Below are positions 38,001 through 50,967 of a stretch of 64,000 nucleotides of DNA, one piece after another. Source of the DNA: Neoechinorhynchus agilis. Lineage: Eukaryota; Animalia; Acanthocephala. Each line of letters opens with the position of its first letter. Position 1 is the stretch's first letter. Below the pieces are notes generated by a model that saw only the letters and a program-made list of their open reading frames with translations, had not been told where the DNA came from and did not search any database. The stretch spans positions 11,014,784 to 11,078,783 of the forward strand of contig CM121341.1 in assembly GCA_051530055.1 (NCBI GenBank). The letters are read 5' to 3'. A program made the translations under genes and the position numbers.

Positions 38001-39511
38001 TCTGACCAGCTGGTAACTTTTTTATTAAGTATTTATGTGTGGCTTTTTTCATGGCGGATAATTTCATTGCTTGGGCACAAAGCTAAACCGATCTCTTGCA
38101 CCAGGGGAGCAAATAAAATCAAACTTAATGTCCTGCTTAACCATACGCGCTAATGAGTTTCGTTCATCCCTTCGGATTCTCAGATACATCCAGGAGGCGG
38201 GTATGCGCTTCCCTGAACCTGATCGGTGGGCTATGTGCCCAAGCAATGAAATTATCCGCCATGAAAAAGGCCACACATAGAAACTTAAAATAATTTTAGC
38301 TTGAAATTTCGTCCTCGAGCTACAACAAAAAGATTTTTCCCATTTCTTATTTCGTCCTCGTCAAAAGTGTTTTCGTGGTGGTGTTAAAATCCGTTTTAAC
38401 GAGTTATTTTGAAAAAAAGTTTGTTTCTGATCGAATACGTAACAGAGTCATGTTTCGTTGTTGCTAGAGGTTCGATTGATGCTTATCAAAGCTACACGCG
38501 CGTCTCCGACTCTTAGAGACACATACGCACAGAGGGAACCACAATCAGAAAGTGCATGAGAATTCGTGTGTGTGTGTTGCATGCACCCTTAGAGAAGCGG
38601 AAAGGAAGTTGCCACACGCAACGCGCGCACACACATCTCCTTTTCGTCGTCGTCGTCGTCGACAAAGCCTCTCCCGAATGCTCACCTTCTTTTCGTCGAT
38701 CTCATAGTCTTCGTCGTTCATCCACTCATTGCACCGATCCGAATCAATGACCCAATTAGCACTAACATGCCAGGTTCCATCGTTGTCGCAATCAGTCACA
38801 ACTCCCATCCATCGCTTGGATGATCCCACGCTCACCCATGCGTCCTTCGAATCCGGTTTAAACGGAAAATGCAACAAATACTTGTCTTCAAGTATCCGAA
38901 CCGGTCTGAACATCACTGATGACGTAGGCACTGACGGAGTAGTGCTCACAACAGGGTAAACAATGTGATCAGCATCTTCCTCACTGTGCACAACGACGCC
39001 TTCGTGTTTTTCAATGAGCATCTCAATCCTGGCACGCGTGTCCGAATCAACTTCGGGTCGTATGAAACAATTATCACAACGAATCTCTCCGTCTCAAAGA
39101 AGCAGGAGGAAGATTCGTTGATGTGGGCAAGCAAATGCAATTGTGCTGCTTTAAGTGACGTCTTATCTGAGAACAAATGATCGCATGGTCGCTGAGGTTA
39201 GTAGGCCCACCCGTGTATCCGTGGGACAATAACGTCTCCAAAATACAATGTAGAGCGCCGTTTCGCCTGAAATCCATAAAACATTCCATGTTTATCCGCG
39301 TTGGCAGGCTATCCAAGTCGAGCTTCGACGCCTCATCTTGTGCCCTATGAAAATCAATCACGATACTGGACAAATGATGCGCTGACACCGATTCGCGTTG
39401 ATCTTTTAAATATCCACTGATCTTGTCCAATTGTGCAAGACCGCTGGGCATTGTGAAGAAGTCGTACCTTGCATCACAGGTGACGTCATCGAATGTGCGC
39501 GCAGGAGGCAT
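35059..39511 (-). CDS. SMARCC2: SWI/SNF subunit SMARCC (SWI3/BAF155/170/Moira)
   Basis: N-terminal CFMDFRRNGAL, chromo-like [96 protein letters not shown]/Q-rich tail. Paralog symbol is nominal. Confidence 0.92.
37826..37955 (+). repeat. Family B copy with hammerhead-like CUGAAGA-stemII-GAAA
   Basis: aaaacttacaagcaatga CTGAAGA ggcgagg tta cctc cttc GAAA tatttc. Related copies at 39785, 53945-54085, 54340-54400, 54598-54690, 59500-59560, 61030. Confidence 0.7.
38010..38290 (-). mobile_element. Family A copy A4 in SMARCC intron: tail plus ~65-bp inverted repeat, core mostly deleted
   Basis: tatgtgtggc..catggcggataatttcattgcttgggcaca (~38034-38080) is inverted at ~38234-38280; interior matches the A3 tail. 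Confidence 0.85.
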
Positions 39512-39784
39512 TTCTTAAATCAAGGGACAAAGGTGTGTGTGTCAGAGCGAGAGTCTAGCGCTTTCTTTCGAAGCGGTGGATCGCGGACCACTGCACGTAC
39601 GTGGAAGAATCGATTAAGGCTTCAAAAAATGTATATGGTGACGTCACTTTCTTGTACGAGCGGTCAATAGTTTACACAATTCGACTTGTTCGACAAGGCT
39701 GCACATGCGGTCGTGAAAATTTACAATAAATCAATTAATATCGCGGGGTGGTTAAGAGAAAAGTTGCGCCACCGGTCATAACCT

Positions 39785-39845
39785 TTTAAAAACTTACAAG
39801 CAATGACTGATGAATCGAGGTTACCTCCTTCGAAATATCTCAAAT
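39785..39845 (+). ncRNA. Family B minimal hammerhead-like motif
   Basis: UGA-CUGAUGA(39807-39813)-stem GAGG/CCUC-GAAA(39832-39835)-UAUC-UCA. Palindromic AUAU in place of helix III; stem I only 3 bp. Confidence 0.4.
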
Positions 39846-40687
39846 AAATGGCGGGTGGTAAATAATGTTTGTTGCACTTGGCATATCGCGATACAAAATG
39901 GCATGTCTGGAAGGAGAGGTGGTAATGATCTTTCATCCATTTCTTTAAGTGATCGTTACTATAACGCCCTTTTAAAATATTTATTGATCAAATAAGCCAA
40001 TTTAGCAAACTGATTCGAACTTTCGATATCGATTGCTTGGGTAAGCGTTCTTTTGCGCACGATTAAAGTTTGATGAAAATTCCAAGCAGATATCTCATGA
40101 ACACTCAGTGACGTATGTTTCTTTTTCTGGAAAAGAAACATGCAACCGGTTGAAGACTTCTAAGCAATAAGTCTAATCATATAACCCGCGAGACATTTAC
40201 AGAATTCGCTTTTTTTGGAAAAAGGCATTGTAAAAATTGACCACGACGTTTTTATTGCCTTTTGATCTTTGCAGCGCTTCGTCTTTAGGGTAAAAAAATA
40301 TCAAATATCGCCCACTTTTGTTAAATCATTTAAGAAGCTCTTTTTTGTAGTAGTATTAAACAATTTAAAGAAACGTTTTTAAAATTTTAGGGTTTTTAAG
40401 AATTAAACTCGATTTACGTGACTTTCAAAAAAAATCTTCATATTGATCGCCTAATTTGGTTCGAATTTAATAATAGTCGAACTAGATCGGCTCAGGGCAA
40501 TATTATTAATTTTCCTGAAAAAGATCACGTTTTCAGTTACCTTTTTGATAGTTTTGCCATCACTCTGATTTAATTTTGGTCTTCAGTGAGCTGTCACCAC
40601 CCCGAGAATTAAACATTAATTATTGAATTAAATATTTCGGAACTTGAGTTCCCTCTTCAGTATTGAGTGTGCTGTGTGATTAGTGGT

Positions 40688-41200
40688 TTATAGTGTTGCG
40701 TCGATTAGGGTGCCCGAGTGCGTCATGTCCGTGGGAAGTAATCCGATTTCCCCCCAACGAGCTTGTGTAGGGTGGAGGTTCGATGTTGGGATAGGAAGGC
40801 TCCAGTTGCCTTTGTTTCCTTCCATCTTGTTTGCCATCTCAATACAGATGGCTCCCTTAATAATCCGTCTTTGCCAATTGTTTTCGCGGTGTAATATTTT
40901 TGCCTCGGTAAAGTCGATTTTGTGGTCGTGCTCCAATGCGTGGTTAAATACAGCCGAGGAGGTGTCCATTTTCAGTAAGTTGTATTGGTGCTGTTTAAGG
41001 CGTGTTTTAAGCCCTTGTTTCGTCTGTCCGAACGACAGAAGTTGTGGGCATCTTGGGTTTGCGTTTAAATACACCACACAATTTGGGGGCTGCGGGAAAG
41101 TAGGGGATGATTTGTTTTTGGGCCTTCCTCAGTGCGTGTGTCAACATGTTTGTTGATTTGGAGTCCACATATGTGCTTTTGACGTATTTAGGGGTTATTG
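40688..41200 (-). mobile_element. Penelope-like element fragment (GIY-YIG endonuclease)
   Basis: NCVVYL..C....FGQTKQGLKTRLKQHQ...SSAVFNHALEHDHKIDFTEAKILHRENNWQRRIIKGAICI is typical of the PLE C-terminus; no RT retained here. Confidence 0.85.
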
Positions 41201-41630
41201 TTCCGGACGTCGGAGTTGGGATGGTTTCCGAAGACCAAAATTAAATTCCCCCCGAATGTAATTCTCCAAGAACTCTGATTTAAATTCACTAATTTATTTC
41301 CCCTTCGCCAAGGTTTGTCATTGCAAATTAATCTAATCGACTTTATCTGAATTAGATTAATTTACAATGACGAACCTTGATAATGTCGGAATTATCCAAC
41401 GTGAAATATCGGAGAAATAAATTAGTGAATTTAGATCAGAGGGTTGGCAAAACTAAGAAAAGGAAAGTATATTTTCCCCCGAAGATAATAATCCAAGACA
41501 TCGTTTTCAGTTATATTCACTCGTTAGACGGATGCAATGGGATTTTTCTGCTTGCAGATTTACGTTCGCGACCTGGTTTTTCTGTTTCCCTAAAAAGGAA
41601 AAAATAAGCCGAGTAAAAATGTCGATATAA

Positions 41631-41766
41631 TTATTGTTTAAGTCTTCACCCGGTAAATAATTTTTTATTAAATACGTTTTGCGAACCTCCTCGGGTTCAT
41701 CATCGGTTCTAAAATACAAGTGGTTTTAATAAAAAAATATTTGTCGGGTGAAGACCTAAACAATAA
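41631..41766. repeat. Foldback/MITE-like inverted repeat, ~42-bp arms
   Basis: ttattgtttaagtcttcacccggtaaataattttttattaaa vs tttaataaaaaaatatttgtcgggtgaagacctaaacaataa. Confidence 0.8.
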
Positions 41767-43349
41767 GTCTAACCTAGTAAGGGGTGTTCTAAAAAACAAT
41801 GAATCAATATAATCGGCTTGTCAGTAAACATTAAAGAATTGACAATTACGGTTGAAAAGTTAAGAGAATTACATTGTGTACCGTTTCGGACCTAAACCAT
41901 AAAATGCAAATTTCAAATGAAGCTTTCCGATCACGAAATCGGCTTATTGACAACAATTGTCGTTACCTGTCGTTTGGATCCACCACAAAAATTGTGTTTG
42001 TGCGTCATCGACCAAAACATTTCATGGCGGTCATCATCGACTGCCTCAAATTCGAAGATTCGCCAGGGTTTTCGTTCACGTGTTCTTGAATGTGAGCGCA
42101 ATCCAATTTAGGCTCGAAACGTTCTCAGATATTTGGGGGGGCGATGTTCCTGGTCTTTTAGCCGAATTCTCATTTATTTTATCGCTTTCCGTTCATAAAA
42201 TAACAGGAGATAAAGAAACTAAGCCCCTTGGAGTGTTACCGAGATTTGATCGCGTGAACTTAGTTCTTGGCCGGAGGTCCGCGTGGTTGATTGGAAAAAC
42301 TAGAAGTTGAGACCATAATGTAAGGATTGCCGCAACAGTTACCGGAGCACCGGTGTGTCGCGGTCCACCACCGAGGACTTTTTACTGGCGGCTCTTTTGC
42401 CCATTAATATTCAGGGTTCCTAACAGTTGGGTAACCGTAGCGCCGATTGCTCAAAACCGGCACAGCTCTGCTATATAGTCCCCAACTTTAATGTTACCCA
42501 AGTGCCACTGAGAAGAATCGAGGTTGGTATTCTCCATAAAGCGGAATTCAAATAAAATGTAAAATCGAATTGAAATCGCGATTTGTAATAGAAAAATGAT
42601 TTTCTTGGGTTTTCCATTGGAGTGTTCTACTGGTGCGTTGTAGTGTGTTACCAATTTTGAGCACATTTCATGGACCATAAAATCTAAAGGAAGCAATCGC
42701 CATGAATTTAGCGATGTTAGCGAATAAATATGTGCAAAAATGTTAGTTTTTGAGAATCTGAAATAACATTGGAACACCCTATTTTGATTTATAACGGCAT
42801 AAATTCGCGTCCTTTGTTTCTCCTCAGGCGCGGTTGTTACCTACGTTTTTCAGAGTGAACTCTGTGAACTCGTTAAAAACGCAATTGAAATGAACAGGCG
42901 ACTCTGCAACGATTTCTTATTTTCATACTGAGATTCAAATAAAGACAAAATTTAAGAGTACGCGAGTGTTCTCGGCTGGAGATTAATTTTTTTTAAGATA
43001 GAGAAGTTTAAATTGAGAATTGTATCATACATTGATTTGAGCAGATATTACCGGTTGCATTGTAAATCTACAACATTGTTCCGTGGCAGCAATAAGATCT
43101 TAATGAGCTTTCTTTAAGAACGCAATTTAAATTTATTACGTAATTTTCTTCTAAGTTTGACAGTTGCTGTTTGAACCGTTCTTCAGTGTTTAATTCCTCA
43201 GATATTCAGGATAGATGCTCATCGGATTTAGGACGATTCTCGGCAAATAATTGTTTCGATAAAAATAAATTGCTCGTGGTATCGAATATTGTAGTGGCCT
43301 TACGAATTGAAATGTTTTTCGCTCATAGATTCTAGTCTACAAAAGATTA

Positions 43350-43870
43350 TAAAGTAACCTTTCTGAAGATTATTTTATGTTCATCCCAAAACGGAAAGTA
43401 ATTTTAAATGGAGCAAATAATTACGCAAAAAATAATCAGTGACATATTGGCAATCTTTTTGAAGATTTCTTTATAGTATTTTTTTCATGCCCAAAAATAA
43501 AAAATAATTCTAGGTTGAGAATTAATTAAAAAAAGTATTAAAGTAATTCTTTGAAGATTTATATAAAGTATTTTTGTTAAATCCGGAAATTATTACGGAA
43601 CTAAACAATCAATGGTATTAAATTGATATTTCTGGAGATTTCTCCATAGTATTTTTAGCTCACGCCGAAAAATGAGAAATAATTTTAAATTAAGAATTGT
43701 TATTAAAGTAATCGTTTTGAAGATTTCTTTATAGTATTTTTGTTGAAGTAGTTTTAAATCAGGAAATAATTACGGAACTAGGCAATCAGTGGTATTAAAA
43801 TGATCTTTTTGAAGATTTATAGTATTTTTGCTCACTCCAAAAAAATTATTTTAAATAGAGAATTATTTAA
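43350..43870. repeat. Degenerate AT-rich minisatellite
   Basis: Motif tgaagatttctttatagtattttt recurs about six times at irregular 60-105 bp spacing. Confidence 0.7.
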
Positions 43871-44366
43871 AGTTGCATTCGACTGCTTTATATTGTGATT
43901 CAAGGATCAAAATAGTAGTTAAGATGATCGACACTTCAAGTAGATAATGCCGGCCGCTTAGATGGTCATCATAAATGCGAGTTTTCATCGATAGTTTTCT
44001 GTAGAAGGTTGATGGATTGTAGATTGACTACTCAACCGCATGTAATCTTTTCGATTGCCCCTATTTTAGCAATTTACGAGGTTCAAAATAAATGTTTATT
44101 TTGGACAAAAATTTCGGAGTTTTATTCTTTCTTCAGGCTCCTGAAAAAACACACGCAATCTACAAAGGTAGTTAGGATTTAGCACCTCTGGATTCGCAGT
44201 GTATTTGTTCATATCTACGAAAATCGGTTTGCTCGATCGCATGTTGATCAGTTGATGGATTGTCGGTCGTCCTTATTTTAGCAATTTACGCGGTTAAAAC
44301 ATTGCCTTTATTTTAGCCATTTGCGCGGAATGTTTTTCGTAAATTCCACTCAACGTTCCCCCTTCG

Positions 44367-44734
44367 ATTCAGGTTATTACATCCCTTCCTCGGCTTTTGG
44401 CATGAGGCTGCACCGATCTCTTACACCAGAGAAGTGATCGAATCACTTAGATTCTGATGCATACGGTAATGAGTTTCGTTCATCCCTTCGGATTCTCCGA
44501 TACCTCCAGGAGGCTGGACTCATCAGTAAGTTTCCTCCCTTCATCGGGGTATTTCGTACCCTTTGGTTGTGCGTCATCAGCTTTAACGATTCTAACCCTT
44601 TGACACTGTACAAACTCATTACTGTATGCATCAGAATCTAAGTGATTCAATCACTTCTCTGGTGTAAGAGATCGGTGTAGCCTCATGCCGTGGCCTTATG
44701 CTAAAAGCCGAGGAAGAGATATAATTATCTGAAT
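44367..44734 (-). mobile_element. Family A copy A5 with ~110-bp inverted repeat arms enclosing the hammerhead cassette
   Basis: Arms 44367-44476 and 44612-44734; core ggactcatcagtaagtttcc at 44516-44535; stems I and II carry mismatches. Confidence 0.88.
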
Positions 44735-44790
44735 TTTGCTAGTAACATTTAAGAATTAACAAACAGTACCTCTTTCATTTACTTCTATAG

Positions 44791-47700
44791 ATGCCGGCAC
44801 CAATTAAGCGGGTACTATGCCTCTCAAAGACACTCAGATTACGATCACTGTGCTCGTTTCCTCTAGGAAGCCATTTACATTGTATTAGACATTGGATCTC
44901 ATATGTCGTCACCATCAAGTGAAGGTTCCAGTTTGTCCTGTTTTGAGCAATCAATCCAAATAATCGATCTTTTAATCCAACGAAAAATATTTCAGGAGTA
45001 TAAGGGAGCAATAGGATTAATGATTGCTAACAGTTCTCAGACAGCAAATGCCTTGTACTCCAGTCAAGCTGGCACTAGTTCTGACTTTCAATACATATCA
45101 AGTGCTCAACCATTGAGTCTTATAAACTGGGATATTTTGAAATATTTGCGGACAAAAGTACATTTGACTGATGTCTCGTCAGTCGATATGGTGGATGCCC
45201 TAGTCATTACCAGTCACCATCTTAGACAAGAGGTTGCCTTGTTGTAAGTATCAAAATTTTATTTTAAACACTGTTTTACTTACGTTTAAGGGAAGCCAAT
45301 CATTCCATTCGAAGAGTTTTAGTTTTCTCTAATTTTGAATCGTCCAAATCAATATCTAAATATGAACAGAGCCAAATTGATGACATTTGCGGTGCATTGG
45401 CCAAACAGAATATCAGCGTTGATGTGATGTACGTTTTGAGGAATGAGAATAACGTTTACATTTGTCCTAGATGTCCAGCTAAGTTGGAGAGAGACGTTGA
45501 TCGAAACGCGATAATTAACCCAATCGTGAATATTATTCAAAAAATTACTCAAAGACTTGAGGGTTCGTTTTATGCGTACAGGTTGGTGGCGCCAAGATAT
45601 CTTTTGGTTTTTTGCATGACGAGTATTTAGTGAAGCAGCTGAAGCCTTGAGCAACTTTGAAGGGCGAACCGTCAGACCTCCCAATGTCGTTCTCACTTTT
45701 CGAAGGGGTCTCTTGTGCGCTTTGAAGTAAATTTGTAAATTCTAGCACGAAAACGTTTACTACCTTCGTGTACCATACACGACTTTGTTGTGTTCTTTTT
45801 TTCTGCACAACCAAAGGAGATGAAATACCGCTGAAGGAAGGAAACTCACGGATGAGTCGAGGATCAACGCAGACCAGCGCTTTTCTGACCAAATCGGCGG
45901 GTTATGTGCCCAAGTTCAGCCGTGTAGAATAACTTAATTTACGCTGATTGTGATTTTTGACCACATCTATTTTCGATTTCTCCTCAACATTGGAGTGAGA
46001 ACGTCATCGATACTCCTACTAAGTTTTTAATGGAATTGGCTCCTAACTTGGAAATACCCGTTTCAATGTACATAAAGGTAAGTTCAATACGTTGGATTTT
46101 GTTCTTTGCAAACATTAAACTAAGGTTCGGGAATCGAAGCCTTCTGTGTTTAAGTTTAAGAAAGTATTGAAGAGTGATCCAAATGTTGAGATAGAGACTC
46201 GGCGAAGGCTTGTACGAAGAGATGATCCCGAAAATCCATTGGAATATGACGACATTGTATCGGGTATTGCATCACCTTTACGTTCAGCATTAAGATTAAA
46301 CTTGATTTTGCTCTAGGCTACATGTACGGCTCAACATTCGTTCCATTTGACCGCGACGACGCCAGTGATTTGCTAAAATACGAGAGCGAGCGCAGTTTAA
46401 AGCTGATTGGATTCACGCCTCTGCAAAATGTAGGCTTTCCTTTTCACGAAATACGTTCTATCGATTACTCACGTAGCTTAAAACTCATTTGTTTACATCC
46501 GATGGAGTTTATCAAGTGATTCCTTCAAAGGATGAAACCACAACCTTGTACTCCGCCCTTCTGGCGTCACTTTATGAAACTCAGACTGCAGCTATCGTAC
46601 GCAAAATTTATCGAAAAGGATGTCAACCCGAGATCGGAGCTCTAATTCCGTCGATCAAACACTCTTGCTTTTATTATTACAGACTTCCATTTGCACAGGA
46701 TATTAAGGATTGTGAATTCAAGGAAGATGATAGTCAAGTTTCAGGTTTGGGTTTTCTCAATGTTTGAAACCAAACTCCTTTTGTGTGTTAATGATTCCTT
46801 TGTAGAGGCGCAAGCGTTGGCTATTGATCGTCTTATCGATTGTTTGGATATGTGTGCGACGAGCTTGAGCGAGTAAGTTTCCTTTAATTTTTTCGTTAAA
46901 TAAAGATAGTTTAGTTTCGGCACAGACGAACTATTTAAACCTCAGAATACGTTTAATCCATCGCTACAAAGAAAGTTTCAGGTTTGATTCCAAAAAGTGG
47001 GCCATTGAACGATCGTCCTTAATTATTAACCACGGAATTTGTAAATTTAACTTGAGAATCTTACTTTTGTACTCTATCGTTTATATGCTACAATATGCAA
47101 AAGTAAAGCCTAATTTTGCGCGCCTTATGTTTTTTGTATGATTCACTTTTGTTTACTTTAGTGTTTGAGCTCACGATTTATTGACCCAAACTCCTCAGTA
47201 GACGCGATTCTGTCTAAAGGCAGCGAACTTGATGATAAAATTTATCGCTTCTGCTCGGGTTCTAGAGTAGAAGAGGCAGTAGAAGCCGTTAGAGACTTAT
47301 TTGATATAAAACCCATAGAATCGGCGATTAAGACCGGGGCCGAAATGTTCAAAGACGTGCCAGTTGCTAGAATAGAAGGTCCTATTCGTGGAGACTCCGT
47401 GGATATCCGACTATTTAATGAACCCGAGCAAAAAGAACGTATCGGTTCACTAATACCTGATCAGGATTACTCTGCTCTAACTGAGAAATACCCGAACCTA
47501 TTGCATTCGCTATCTATATCACTCTATGAAGTGATTAAAGATCTCATTTTGGCTTCGGACGATACACTCACTTTTTTCGATCGAGCACTGCAGTGTTGGT
47601 CAGTGATGCGGGAGGTGTGCTTGAAAAGAAGTGAGCCAAATGTGTTCAACGAAATACTTAAAGGGCTTAAAGAATCTATTCAAGTGAACAGCAGAATCGG

Positions 47701-47974
47701 AGAATTTTGGCCTCTACTAGTTCAACGTATGTTTTTAAACAATGCGTTTCGACGTGTGATTGTTGTATGATTTGTTAAAGGTCGCATTACTCTTATTAAC
47801 CGGGATGAGTGTTCTAACTCACATGTCTTGAAAGAAGAAGCCGAAGCGTTTTTGGAGGAAGACGAAGGGCTTGGTACTGTCGACGAGGGATTAAATGAAG
47901 ACGATTTGGTTGGAGTGTGCCTTACTCGACTCTCCATTAACCTTAACTTTTCATTTTAGCTCGATTTAATGTGA
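44791..47974 (+). CDS. XRCC5: Ku80 (XRCC5), multi-exon
   Basis: vWA EAIYIVLDIG..FEQSIQII..DMVDALVI; core GYMYGSTFVPF, AAIVRKIYRKGCQPEIGALIP, RLPFAQD; C-terminal FNEILKGL..EFW..ITLINRDE..EEAEAFL..DDLLDLM*. Confidence 0.9.
45808..45928 (+). mobile_element. Family A copy A6 (internally deleted) in Ku80 intron
   Basis: gcacaaccaaaggagatgaaataccgctgaaggaaggaaactcacggatgagtc followed by tail tgtgcccaagttcagccgtgtag. Confidence 0.8.
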
Positions 47975-50967
47975 CGTTTCGGCCTAAAAATAATCTTTTT
48001 CTGAGAGAGAAATAATTGATGTATTTGGGCATAAAACCGATCGTTTAAATTGTCACGTAAATCTACTAAAACATGATTTGTGAATAGTTTGATCAGATCT
48101 TTCAAATCGATCAAAAATCTATCCGAATCGCATAATAAATAAAAACATACAGGGTGCTATTTTTTTATCAATTATACATATTGGCTTCCAAGTTGGATTT
48201 TGGAAGCTATTATGGGCGATTCACCTCTTTTACATATTTTTTAGATGACTGAAAAAACGAAGCGTCCTGACGAAATATTTCATATTCATATAATATCTTT
48301 TATCCTCGATTATCATCACTACAATTCATTTGAAGCTGAGCTCTCACCTTGATAATGTGGTGCAGGTTGAAAAACACAGCATAACTAGAAAGTCTTAATC
48401 AATTTCAACATGAAATTTTCTTGACCAAGACACTGGAAAAATAAGGATTTGGCAATTGCGAAGAATGAAATTGGCGTATTGTGAGAAATTCAATATATGT
48501 TAGTTATTGTTGGTACTCTTTCTACTCGAAGGTACTTTTTCATACCTTCTATATCACGCTCCATTTTTAGAATGATAGAGCCCCTTCTTGGACAAAGGAC
48601 TTGCTGCGGAAACTAGTCCCTAGGGAACTTCAATCGCAGTTTCCTCCATGTGGCAACGCAATTAGAGGTGATCTAGATCAACCGGAATCTGCAACGGTCA
48701 GCCTCTCGGCCGTACTTGAAGATCCTGTCCCATTCCACAACCGTTGGGGTCTTAAAGCCCGTTGTTCACTTCCATCCGGACTTGGGAAAAACCCGATGAC
48801 AGCGATGGTTTCTCTTAGATGGTCGTTCATGTTGATCTGACCGAGGTTCGAACCCACTCCTCGCGTGCGTTGATGCATCGCTCGCTCTAGACAAGGATGA
48901 ATTGTATCAGCGTATAGAACTCGAAACGGATGCCCTATGAGCAAATGATCGCATATATTTATCGGACAAACAATAGAAGCTTTAGTTAACTTATTAATTT
49001 AATCTATAAACCGCTTTCTGCCACCACTGAAAGGAAAGCAACAAAACGAAAATTTACTATTTTGTTCTTACAAAAACGGAGGGGGTTTCGACGCGTAACC
49101 GCTTGCGAATAAAACGAACGTTTTGCAATGAAAATTAGTACTTATCGATCGTACAACAGAATAAGTAATTAAATCAATGAACTTGAAAACTTCTCGCTGT
49201 GTTGAAATTTCATCAACCGAATATTTTTAAAGTGTAATACATGCATTTTCTTAACATAAGACTGAATTAGTAGAAGACCTGGCATATTAATTTTGATTTT
49301 TAAAGCGTGATCAACTTCTGCTTAAAAATATAGGTCTCAACAACGCTCGCTTCCGTTTCCATGCATTTGCACAATAGAGTTCTGTTCGTTTTTAGTAACG
49401 CAATGCATTCTACTTTCGTTAGCCCGTCTTTTAAATCAATTTGTGCTCTTTAGATACTTTACTTTAGAGTATCTTTCAATTTTCCATTCTAAACTTTGAA
49501 TAGAAAGTCTTTATGAGACACCCTTGTGGGATCAACACGACGCTACCCGACTCACGTCTTATCATGAATCCTCAAAGAATTCGTATAAAAGAACAGCAAC
49601 CCTTTTCGATTCAATTGTTTCACTAAAAATCACAATGCAGTCTTTGTTACTGAATTAGAAATGTGAGTAAATCGTTTGAAACCATACATATTGTTGACTT
49701 TTATTCAGTCGAATTCCACTAAAGGACGCCCACTTAATAAAAAAAGTCCATCAGCTGGTCTCAATCAAAAGGCTTTTTGGATGATTAGCACGTATCGGGA
49801 CCATGTGCAACGCTTCGTTTGTCTTTGTTAACGAACTGTAAGAGCGATAATGCCAATCTCATAGATAAAGCACGAAAAATCGCTTGATGCAGCCATACAG
49901 CCCCCAAAAGTGGTATTGCCACTGTACATTTGCTGTATGCTTCAATGGCTAAAATTTAATCTTGGAAGCGGTCCAGTGGAGTAAGTATTATACCAAGGAA
50001 ACAGGTGACGAGATTCCCCCTCCCGTCTAACAGCTGATGGAAATGTCACAAAGAAACTTTGCCAGACTGTTGCGTTCACAAACGAAGTGCTTCCGATCAT
50101 ATTCGGTTGCAAAAAGGTGCTAACACGAGCACCGAATAGGCATACTCTAAAGATTGTCTACGAAACAAGTTTTAAACTCATATATTCTTGTTTTGGATTG
50201 TTATCTTCATGCGAAAAGATACTTTCCTTTGATAGTTTTGCCACCGCAGATTTAAATTGGCAAAACTACCAAAAGAAAATATTCTTATTTATAGGCCGTT
50301 TCACGTTTATCTTTTATGTGATTTACGTTTTCTGTCATTCCGAACAAAAAGACAAATGTCATGTTAATGCCCGAGAAATATCGTAGTGTCTACCGATAAG
50401 CCTTGTAGCTAAATACGCTAATGTCGCCGAAGCATTTTTCTATGTTTGCGAAATAGGTTCCAATGTTCTTTGCGATCTAAGGAATGTAGCACATTTTATC
50501 ATTAGAGAAGGTCGTTTCGCTCCAAGAAATCGCACATGGTTGCACCCTAGGCATCGTCGTCGTCGTAGTAATCTTATCGACCTTGGCAATCGATATTCCA
50601 CGCTCCTTTACCGCTTCTAAAAATCCCCGTGGACTTGCTATTGAAAAGAAAATTCGTTTCTTAGTGGTAACGACGTTTTTTCACCATGGAACCCGTTCGT
50701 TCTCTCGACATGTCTCTATAACCCATATTAGCATGCCATCGCGAAACGGAAGGCGGTGGTACAGAGCGAGCGATAAGATTGTGCGCTTGGTAACCAGAGA
50801 AAACGACTTCATGAGACATTAGCGCAACTGCCTGTTTTCCTTCCACTCAGAGAGCATTTGGTGTATGTTCCCGTTTCTAAAATCGCTCTTTATCAATGAC
50901 ATTGTAAGGGAATGGCTCGCCGTCGTTTGCATCCACACTCAAATCCATCGTAGATACACATAAAGAA

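Noticed and set aside
42451-42777. Possible BEL/Pao integrase C-terminal remnant (SQWHLGNI)
   Set aside because: Single weak motif, with no LTR or other pol motifs.
45690-46030. Possible second non-canonical junction in Ku80 (CCT direct repeat)
   Set aside because: A canonical GT-AG solution (AAT|gtcgtt ... ctaag|TTT) exists.
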